Assembly (NCBI RefSeq): GCF_018350175.1
Contig: NC_058368.1
Coordinates: 143,594,001-143,658,000 of the forward strand
DNA: 64,000 nucleotides
Direction: 5' to 3'
Source: Felis catus
Taxonomy: Eukaryota
A model generated the notes under the pieces. It ran no database searches, was not told where the DNA came from, and saw nothing but the letters and a program-made list of their open reading frames with translations. This document shows positions 53,781 through 64,000 of the stretch, piece after piece. Made by a program: the position numbers and the translations under genes. The first letter of the stretch is position 1; each line of letters opens with the position of its first letter.

Positions 53781-53893
53781 GGGGCACCTGGGTGACTCAG
53801 TCGGTTAAGCATCTCTTGATTTCGGCTCAGGTCATGATCTCACATCAGGTTACAATCTTCATAAGGTCAAGCCCCTGCAGAGCCTGCTTGGGA

Positions 53894-53929
<36 letters not shown>

Positions 53930-54038
53930 GTCTCTCTGTCTCTCTGTCTCTCTGTCTCTCTGTCTCTCTCTGCCCCTCCCCTACTTGCACTCTCTCTGTC
54001 TCTCTCAAAATAAATAAATTTTTAAAAAATTATTTAAA
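53781..54038 (+). mobile_element. Can-SINE with an expanded CT tract and a rearranged body
   Basis: ggggcacctgggtgactcagtcggttaag; flanking repeat cagaataaca. Confidence 0.92.
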
Positions 54039-55331
54039 AAACCAGAATAACAAACAACAGAGTGCAAAACAAGATCTACCCAGATCTGTCTCCAAAATAT
54101 TTGTTTTTAATGAAAACAATATTTTAACATTATTTTAAAGATCACATTCCTATGGAGATAAAATGTTTCCCTGTAAATTTGTTGTTTGATTTGCTTTGTC
54201 ACTTCCCCTTTCCCTCCACACACCTCAGGAGGTAGTAGCTCCTAACTGAATGATTAGTCTCTCTGAAATATCATACATTTCTAATGAGTCCTAATTAATA
54301 AGCTTTGAGAGAGGTGCCCTTGGGTCACCCAGAACTTTTCTTCTAAACCATTACAAAAATATTCCTTTGGAATATTTAATTCATGAGTGAGCCATGTGCT
54401 CCTAGACATCAATGGTAAAAGACTAGGGACCCCCATTTCCCATCTGGTCTTCTATTCCACCTTTGGTTCACCCCTCCCAAAGCCCTGAGGAATGAACACT
54501 ACAGCAAAAAGCCTTCGCCTACAGCCCAGAGAAATGGGAAGGCATTGAGCAGTGGTTCTCAGAATTGGAGTTCCCAAAACAATAGAATGAAGTTCTAGGG
54601 ACTGACAACATAGGACTGGCTAATATGTTCTTTTTCCAAGAAAGAACATTCAGAAAACATGTACAATCATTTCCAAAAAAAAAAAAACAAACAACAAAAA
54701 ACAAAAAACAATTTAGCACCAAAAGGCAAGAAAAGTCATCTCAAGGATAAGGGTGGTTCTTTAAGTTGAGTACACTTTGCTTTGTGAGAAACTTCCTGCC
54801 CTGGATTTACATGTTGTATTTCATCTTAGACCAGTGAGACCTTTGCCAATGATGAGCACTTTCCAAGTACCAGGTTTGAGAGCCAGAAGTTAGCAACTTC
54901 CCAGGCCTTGGGGGAGAGTTCCTGCCTCTTCTCCTGACCCCAGGACCCTGGAGTCCAGGCAACTGCAAGAGAAACCACTAGCCTGGGAAAAAGAGGAAGA
55001 CAGGTTGCTGCCTTTTGGGCCTGGAATGTTTTTTTCCCCCTATGAATGAAACAAACTTATAAATCCTATCTTTTAACAGCTGGAATGTCAGAAATTGTCA
55101 GGTGCTTCAGGTAAAGTTAGGTGTTAAATTAGCTTGTCTAGATTGACCTGGGAATTTAACCAGTTATACCATTGCTTTTCTCTGGAAGTATATAGGGTTT
55201 CCAAACAAATGACTTGGAAATGAACTTGAAATGCAGACTGATCAAAGCTGGAGGCAGCCTATATTCTTCTTGGTCTCCTGGTCCCTTTGGATTCAACATG
55301 CAGTGTTATTCTTGTCCCTGGTCCTCAGATG

Positions 55332-55332
<1 letters not shown>

Positions 55333-55377
<45 letters not shown>
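55333..55377. repeat. (TA)n microsatellite
   Basis: Directly visible. Confidence 0.97.
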
Positions 55378-55381
<4 letters not shown>

Positions 55382-56543
55382 TTAAATGGCACTTCTTCAT
55401 TAATGTGCTTACTTTCTGAAGAGGTGTGCTCTTGGCACCTCTGGGACATGTGCCTGGTTGGTGGAAAGGACCCTATCTGTGAGCTGGGAGCCAGGGTTCT
55501 AGCCCTGAAGATGTCTTATGTTAGCTTTAAGCCTTTGGGCAGGGGGAAAGGACTGTGATGTGTACCTTTACAGTTCTTCCATTGCCAACATTCTATGATT
55601 TAGGATTTTATGGCAAGTAGATCATAGATGGTGACAGGATCTTTCCATCATTCCCTTTTTCTGGTCCAATGCAGTGAGAATAGTCCAACCACTTTATTAG
55701 GATGTCTTTATTTTTATGACTTTTCCACCAAATGCATTGCTTTCTTTAGTTGGCTGGGGTTTTGGGGACATAGACTTGGCTATTATGACCACAAATGCTC
55801 TTGACAACAGGCAACAGAGGATGTGGGAGCCAGAGGCTTTGGAAGTTCTATAACTTACAGTTCCTGCTGGGATTTTGATTTGATGAACCTGTTTCATCCT
55901 AATAAGTTGCTGAGGCTTCTCTTTCCTCTGAATCTTTACTTGTGTCTTTGTTCCAAAACAGGCCAAAGAATGTGCTCTAGAAACTGGCCATTTCCCTGTT
56001 TTGAAGGTGAAAGATTGCTCGGTGTCCCCCTGAAAAAGAGACCTCTTCTCTTAGATGTTTCTGTGGTTCCAAGCCCACGGAGAGCTGTGCCTTTGACTTG
56101 GCAAAGAAAGTCATCGTTTGAAAAGCTATTTCTAACCCAGCACAGCTGTTCACAGCTTAGGTTCAGCAAATGCCATCATTTTTGCATACTCAGTCCCAAT
56201 ACCTCCAGAGAAATTATGACAACCCACGTATGTGACTTTGATGAGTGAACAAAAAGTGACCACACGTCCAGAGTCTCACAGAAGTCACCCATTGGACGCT
56301 GGATTATGTTCCCTCTTCTCTTAGCTGGCCTAATGGAGGCTCTGCAATGCAAAAATCCAAAGAGTCTGCAACCTTCTAGGTTCCTGCCTTGGTTTTTCAC
56401 TAGTGAAATGAAGGGATTAGGTGATAATAGTGATAATAATAATAATAATGGTAACAAAAACCGCCATAGTAGCAACTCCCATTGATTTGGTCCTTATTGT
56501 ACAGCAGGTAATATGCTAGTACTTTCAAAAGCTGTTATGTCCA

Positions 56544-56716
56544 GGGGTGCCTGGCTGGCTCAGTTGGTTAAGCTTCTGACTCCGCCTCAGGTCAGGGTCT
56601 CACGATTCATGAGTTTGAACCCCGATTCTGCTGTCAGCCCAGAGCCCGCTTCCGATTCTCTATCCCCCTGTCTCTGCCCCTCCACCCCCTCAAAAATAGG
56701 GAAACGTTAAAAAAAA
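56544..56716 (+). mobile_element. Can-SINE inserted into an antisense MIR remnant (~56430-56830)
   Basis: TSD aaa(g/c)ctgttatgtcca; MIR motifs ttgcagatgagg and ggaatttaaacctaggtc. Confidence 0.88.
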
Positions 56717-57889
56717 CCAAACCTGTTATGTCCAATTGCAGATGAGGCGAAAGAGATCATGTAGTTTGCAAAGAACTCGATAGCTAAGAAATAACCTGGA
56801 ATTTAAACCTAGGTCCACCTAGGTGGAAGGTTCATCTTATGCATGGAAGGTGCATGGATTAAAATTCTGACATAGAGACAGGTGATGTGGACATCTGTAA
56901 CTGCCTCGGCTCCTCCTAGCTTATGGGTTCTTGCTAAGGTTCTCTAACATCTCGTCCTTAATTCTGCTAAAACAGCCACCTTCCCAGTCTGTTCCTGCCC
57001 GCGGAATGACAGAACTTTCTCCTTTAGCCCTTCCTCTGTGCCTCTGGGAATATCCAAGCTGTAGCCCACATACCAGCTGCTGCTTGCCCCTCCTGTCTTG
57101 CTCCTCTCTCCTGGGCGCTTGATCAGCCAAGTGATGCAGACCATAACATCCCGTGACCAGCCAAAGCTCCTGTGACCTCTGATAGACTTTGGGCCATCTA
57201 CCCTCATTTCTCCAGTTGGTTCTGGGGCCCTTGGTGTCTCTGTGACACCCGCCTACCCACCCAGGCTTCTCTATAGCAGAGGGGGAAGGACTCCACCTTC
57301 TGTGCCCTGCTTTTTTGTGCATTTCATTTTGCCTATTTCTGGTGGGCTGGGGAGATGCAGACTACTAGCAGCCTTGCCTGGGCCACGCTGGGGCTCTGGT
57401 TCCCTTTCACTATACTGTCCTCCCATCCAGGGCATAGAAGTACCTGGGCTGCATCAGGGTGGTTCCCTCGGGTGACTGTTATGCTCAGCTCATTGAGCCA
57501 GGGCTCCTTCACCAGTTACAGGAAAGTCCCAGTCCTTCCCCATAATTGGTGTGCGTGTCTGTATGTGAAGCCATAGGCTTGTGGGTCCCTGAAAATCAGT
57601 AAATGTAGTTAGAGGGTGGAAGGTGGTATTTCCTAACAAACACTGGGTGTTCAGGTCTCGGGACAGCAAGTCAGGGAGGTGTGTGTTCAGGCTAGATAAG
57701 ATTTTGAGCTATCTGTCATGATTTCATCCATTTCTCTTCCTTTTCTTTCTTTGCATTCAAGCAAATAGTAGCTGACTCTGCAATGCTACCTCACAGGAGG
57801 TTTGTGGCAGGACACAAGGCAAAGACCTGCCTTCCAAGGGTTGAAGACAAAGCCTAAGCCCTTAGTAGATGAGCCCTTCAATTAAAAAG

Positions 57890-57890
<1 letters not shown>

Positions 57891-57926
<36 letters not shown>

Positions 57927-57943
57927 ACACACACACACACACA
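57891..57943. repeat. (CA)n microsatellite
   Basis: Directly visible. Confidence 0.95.
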
Positions 57944-59729
57944 GAGTCAGAGACAGAGACTGTCCTAGAGAAACTGGGAAGGAAAGAAGTGATTTCTCCA
58001 AACTGGGAAGATACTTTGTTCAGCTAGGAGAAGGTGAAGGTGGAAGTGACAGGATTATGGTGCAAAGGCGACCAGGCAAAGATGCTTCAGAGTGAGGTGC
58101 AGGAGTGGGGAGGGAAAGTGGTTGAGCCTGAGGGGGCCCTGCAGGCTGGGCCAGGACAAGGCTAGGTTGGAGATCAGTTGTGTAGACAGGGAAGTGAGGA
58201 CCAGGTGGGCCCCACCCCACAGGCCTTGGCTCTGCCTGAGCTCCAGAAACACTGGCATAAATAGCCACAGGGAGGGGACCCCAGGGAGGACTGAGGTTAT
58301 GCATTCTTTTTTTTTTTTTTTTTTCTGTTAGGAGAAATGAGACCTTGGCATTAGAAAATAAGTTATTCTAGAAAAATAATGCAGTTATTCCTAAACTTTG
58401 AGCTTCTGGACTGGGATCCGTGCCAACTCCCCCATCAGTGCCCCTTTGGGTTCCCTCTGGAGGGAAGAGGCTGGCTAGTGCTCTGGCCAGGCATTTGGCA
58501 AGACTCAGACCTTTTGTCCTGAACCCCAGAATAGGTAGCCTTGACCACGACTGCCTTCGTATTGTGCTTTCTTTTCCATTCCAGTAGTCATTCAGTGAAA
58601 TGGTTTTAAATGGAAAGCATTCAGTAAACCATGCTGAGTGTTTCCAGGACCTGAAACTTCAGAGGGACGTCACAAAATCATCTGCAGAGAAGTTGAGTAC
58701 TTGTAAGGTCAAAAAACAAGAGTCCTTAAAGAAAAGTTCTAATCATGCAGAGCAGAGCACTGTATTTTCTGCCTTGTAATTGTGATGAATGGTATGCCTT
58801 TGTTTTTAAACAACACCTAATCTTTAAAATGACTCTGCTGAGAAGCCTAGCATTTTTTCCCCCAGAATATGTCCACTGTGTATATTAAATTGACTAAACA
58901 TTCAGAAGAAAGAACACAAATCAGACCCTGGAGAGTCTATTGCTTAGTGAAAGCAGGAGGGAGAGGGAGATGTTACCAATACTGCAAATACACTAAAATT
59001 CTGATGAAAATACCAGATCCAGTCCCATGAAGTCTCTCAGGAACACTCAAACTGTTGAAAATAAAATGGAAAAAAGCGATTACCCGCTGGCATCAGCATC
59101 TAATTGTTTAATGAACATTACATGGCCTGGATCCTATTACTAATGTTTCTCTTCTTCGACATATGTCCACTGATGAGGGAAAGTTTTTTGGTTGCAAAGT
59201 GGCCTTCAGAATTTGGACACTCTGACAGATGACAAACAGGCAACATCTTTTTCTTCTTGCTCACAAGTAAATTTCTGGCACTTTTTGACAGGTCATAAAC
59301 ACACATGAAATGCTAAACTTAGTGAGTTGCTAGATGCTTTTCTTAAAGTTGAAAAACATTTTTAAAATAAATTTTCCTTATGTCTCCTTTTTTCCACTGC
59401 TCAACTCTGACATTCAAGTGTACTTCTCGAACCGATGCGTAATAACATTTGAAGACCAAATTCAGAAAACCCTCATGAATCCAGACTCCACTCTTAGAGA
59501 ATTTCTAAGGTTTTAGGCTAGGGGACTACAAGGAAGCTTATCTTAGCATTCTTAAGGACAAACAGATGAATACTGTAAATAAGATAGTTAAGAATAACGT
59601 TTACTTCAGTGAGAGAAATGTTCATATGTGTTAGATAGCCCAGGCAATTCGTTACTTTGAAGTTCTCTGTGTTTTGGTCTTTTGGTTGAAGCACTGATGG
59701 TCATTAGACCCTTCTGGAAAGGGTCTTAT

Positions 59730-60755
59730 CCACTGGTTTCCCTGACATCACTCCTCCTTGGGATTCCAAATGGCTGTTAGGACACATCTTCTCAAATCCT
59801 TTTTGTTGACTCTTCTTCCTTACTACCTACTTAAATGGTGGAGTTACTTGGGATTCCATCCGTGGACCTCTTCTTTTCTCATGCTTCACAGCTCACTGGG
59901 TAATCTCAACCCCAAAAGCTTACCTTAATTCTAGGGAGAAAAGGCTTACATTTGGGTCTTCAGCCCTGACCTCTTCCTTAGGCTCCCTCATGTGCCTCCT
60001 GTCTTGGCAGGTGACCTCACAATCTACCGCTAGCTTCAGCCTTAAACCTGCACGTGTCCTTCATTCCCTAATCCCTCACCCATCATGATCCTAAATATCA
60101 CTTTCGTCATCCACTCTGTTCTTCCCACATTTGCCAACTTATCCCTGCCCTTATCATTTCCTGTCTGGTTTTCTGGAACAATCTATTAACTGGTCCTTCT
60201 GTTTCCAGGATGTTCCCCTCACTGAGACCACTGGGACCTTTCTAGAGTACAAATCTGAACGCATCATCCCTCTGTTAAAACCCCGTGTGCAGGCCTCTCA
60301 CTGCCCTCAGGATGAAGTTCAAACTCTGAAGGCTGACAAGGGCCTTCATGATGGAGACTCGATTCACCTAGCGTAATTCACCTAGCGTAATATCCCCTAC
60401 CCATGCACACAGACGGAATGTACTATACCTGCATTTCCTATTCCCTGTGCGTAGAACACCGTTTCCCCTCACCCCTACTGTCTCCTCAATCTATTAAGCT
60501 TTTTTTGGGCCAAGACATCACTTCTGCTAGGAAGGTTTTCCTGCCTTCCCAAGACTGCATAAAGTACCTCTCCTGTGTGTTCCTTGGTGGTTCCCATATC
60601 ATAGCGATTAATACATTGAATGGCAGTAGCAGATTTAGTCATCAGTTCTCTCCACTGAATTATAAATGCCTTCAGGAGAGATGTGTCTTGTTCATTATAT
60701 CGCCAACCATAAGTTCATTCTAGACATTCAATAAATATTTGAAGGGTAAATGAAC
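59730..60755 (+). mobile_element. L2 remnant with 3' end
   Basis: ctctcactgccctcaggatgaagttcaaactc; cattcaataaatatttgaa. Confidence 0.7.
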
Positions 60756-61089
60756 ATAGTTCTAACTTAAAGTATTCTGGTTCTAAATTCTGAACAGGGA
60801 GAATCTTGAGTCAGTTTCTGGTCCAATGAGCTGAGTTAGGGGTATGAGGGTAGGAATAGAATGTCTTAGAAAAGAATGCAGGGGTGGAAGCAATGGGTAG
60901 CATGCTTACTAGAATTATACAATGTGCTTCATTGAAAGAGTAAAACTGCATTTTATTTTTTAAAAACCTGAACACTGTGTATTTTTCACTAATTCATATG
61001 GCCTCTTCCCGTTAGCCCATTATTAAGAAGTGAAATTGTACTTTTGTTATAACACATAAAATAATAATATTATCACTTCTTAATATTAG

Positions 61090-62220
61090 TCACTCATCCA
61101 TCCACCCATTCACAAATACTACTAACTGCCTACTAAGGGCCAGGCTCTGTGCTAAGTACAGGGTAGACAGTGGAAGATAAAACAAATCCTTGTTTTCATG
61201 GTACTTACTTTAAAAAACAGACACAAATGTGAATTTCAATTCTGAAATTTATGATAATAGAAAAGAATAGGGTGATTTGAGAAGGAATTATCGGGGTGAT
61301 GAGATTCAAGTATGGAGGTCAAAGAAGGCTTCTCAGGAAAAAAAAAAAAACAAGACAAAACATTTAATCTAAGACCTGGCTTCTTGGGGAAGAAAGTTGG
61401 GGTGGCCAGCTGTGGCAGAGTAGACAAGAGTGGAATTGGATCTCCAAGGAATTATTTTGATAGTCTCAGCCAAAGGCTAGGGTGGTGGCAACTGTGATGG
61501 AAAGAGGTATATGGATTCAGGACATTTTTGGAGGTATAACTAATTGCACTTCTGATAAGTTGGATGTAGGGGTGAATCAGAGGAAGGTGCCAAGAGTAAC
61601 AGTTGGTGTACAGGTTAAGCACATGGACTCTTAAGACAGATCGTCTAAGTTTAAATCCCAATTCCACCATTAGTAAACTCTGTGACTTTGGGCAAATTAC
61701 TTCACCTTTCTGTGGCTTGGTTTCCTCATCTATAAAGTGGATGATAATAATAGTAGCTACCTAACACATTTGTTAAAAGGATTGAACAGGTTATCAAATA
61801 TAAACATTTCAGACAATGCCTGGTATATTAGTAGGTTTTCTCACTAACTAAAAAGAGGTAAATTTCCAGGTCTCTGACTTCAGCAATGGAAGGTGACATT
61901 TATTGAGGTGGGGAAAACCAGCAGAAGAGATTTTGGTAGAGTGAAGATCAGAGTTCAGCTTTAGGTAAAATCCTGAGATTGCTGCAGACCCTTTGGTCAT
62001 CTCTGGATAGAAATCTGATCTCAGAAGAGGTGCCTGGGCTGGAGATGTCAATCTTTGAGACTTCAAAATATAGGCAGTATATAAAGACTGGGGAATGGAA
62101 AAGACAAACAAGGGAAAGCATGTAAAGTGGGTGTGTAGTGTAAATGAGTAGAATGTAAAAACAGGGCCAAAGACTGAGCCAGGAGACTTCTCAAAGCCGA
62201 GTCGAAAAGAAACCAACAAA
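61090..62220 (-). mobile_element. L2 remnant interrupted by a MIR (+ strand, ~61605-61845)
   Basis: ccaggctctgtgctaag; MIR core gtgactttgggcaaattacttcacctttctgtggcttggtttcctcatctataaagtgg. Confidence 0.75.
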
Positions 62221-63529
62221 TGATTTATGTTCAGCATTGGTATACACCTGTGTTACACTAGCAGAAATAGAAACATCTAGCATAATTTGAACATAATGAA
62301 TACTGAAACAAAGGATCTCCCTTCCTTTTTTATTTTAAGGGAGCGTGAAGATTTAATTCTCTGTTTAGTCTTGTTCAGTTGATTTTGTGCCTTCTTCTCT
62401 TACTCATTGGAGCCTCCTCATGCAAAGACTTAAAGTATGGGGATGAGATAAAGTTGGAGATTTTGGTGGTTTTCGTCACTGGATCTTCAGTTGTGAGGAT
62501 AGAAAGTGGGGCATAGTTGAACTTGAACCAGAGGATTAAATGTCTTATAAGCTATGTTAAGAAGCTTAGGCTTGATAACAACAAGGAGCCACTAAAAGGT
62601 ATTAAGCAAGAATGATGCATGATCATTTTGCATTTTAGAAAGAACACTCTTGAACAATATGGAGAATGGTTTGGAGCAAACCCAGAAGCTGAGAGACCAA
62701 TGGTGTATCTGTGGCTGTGACCCAGGACAGAAAAGGCCAGGGGGGAGCAGAATCACTCAGACTGGAGTGATAACCGTAGTGAGGAACAGAGGGGAGTAGG
62801 AGACTGACTAGATAGAGCGGGTGAGAGAGAAAATGACACCCGGGCTTCTGGGTTGTTTTCAGACTGGTCTGTGCCTTTAAAGCATTACATTTTTCCTAAT
62901 ACGTACTTGTGCTTCACACAGCATTCTCATTGCTTTCTACAGCGATAACCCTTTAATTTTCAAATATGTTCTCATCCTGCCCCCTGATGAATGCACACAG
63001 TCATTAAGTAGCTCAAATGGAAAATAAAGATGCAGATTTACTTCATTTGGGCTCAGTTTTCTGGGCCCCAGGCCTAGGTAGAGGAAACAAATTCTATTAC
63101 CTAAACCACAGAAGCTGAAATCCTCCAAAGAAAATACCCCCATGACTGACTTGGTCTCCTTATCACCTGGCTTAACTAAGGATAAAGTATTAATATGCTA
63201 GACCTTATTTACAAAGGAAAATAATTTAGCTCATCATTGTGAGAAAGAGCCCATGTTTCAAATAGCAATATTTTCAAAATAAATAAGAAGTCCCTTAACA
63301 AATTCTGTAGACCCCATTTGGATCTCTTTTAATGGGGAAGATTTCTTAATGACCTAGCTCAACACTGCCAGCTGCATGCTGACTTGATTTGCAGCTATAC
63401 ATAAATATACATACATAAATAAGTGGCTGCCTCCTTGATGGGAGCTCAAGGACCCAGGGAAAGGCATTTTTACCTCTAGGTATCTTTCCCAGCCCTGTCA
63501 TGCTGCTTACAGTTATCCGATTTTTCATT

Positions 63530-63900
63530 TGCTTCTTTTCACCCCAGTTCCTTTCCTCCTGGCCTGTCTTGAACTTACCCCTAACAACCACTCCATCCAA
63601 ACTGCTCCTCAAGATCACCAATGACCCCCATTTTGCTAAATTCGATGGTCAGGTCTCAGTCCCCATCTTACAGGACCCATCCGCAACATTCACTGCAGTC
63701 AATGACTCCCTCTTCATTGACACATTTGGCCTCAAGGATGCCACGTTCTTTTGATTTTCCTCTTTGCTGCTTCTTTGCTATTTCTCTCCATTATCCTATA
63801 GTGTTCAGAATGTTCCTGAGTTCTGTTCTTAGTCCTTCTCTCTATAACTTAAATCCTTAATGCTTTCATTCAGTCATATGGTTTTAAATAGCATCTTTAT
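63530..63900 (+). mobile_element. L2 remnant
   Basis: actgctcctcaagatcaccaatgacccccattttgctaaattcgatggtca resembles the L2 RT region (recalled). Confidence 0.7.
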
Positions 63901-64000
63901 CCTCTTTATGGCTCTTTTTTTTCCCCACAAAAAGCAAAAGAAAGAAACAGAATGGTAGTTTTTATTTGCTAGCATTTGTTGCTAGGTTAATTTATTACAA

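Noticed and set aside
55697..57576. Several 90-140 aa ORFs
   Set aside because: Compositionally random, present on both strands, with no recognisable domains.
1..64000. CRISPR arrays, operons or other prokaryotic systems
   Set aside because: The sequence is mammalian and has no regularly spaced repeat-spacer structure.

Overview
Mammalian (felid) nuclear DNA, identified by Felidae-type tRNA-derived Can-SINEs (SINEC_Fc-like) and feline/carnivore LINE-1. I found no host protein-coding exon, CpG-island promoter or functional RNA gene, so the window looks intergenic or deep intronic. Bases 1-28,700 are a nested stack of LINE-1 elements of different ages: an old L1ME-like host, a decayed full-length carnivore L1, an antisense L1MC-like element, a young full-length feline L1 with disabled ORFs, and a HAL1-like remnant, with many SINEs and an ERVK-like solo LTR inserted. 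Bases 28,700-64,000 are mostly unique sequence with ancient L2/MIR/MaLR/ERV LTR remnants, SINEs and microsatellites. The most notable items are L1 by-products: a probable ~870-bp L1 3' transduction, a ~30-nt tailless U6 snRNA retrocopy with a 16-bp TSD, one target site hit by both a SINE and a full-length L1, and a fold-back-rearranged L1 fragment. I see no evidence for a new biological system. Repeat family names come from recalled consensus similarity, not from a database search.
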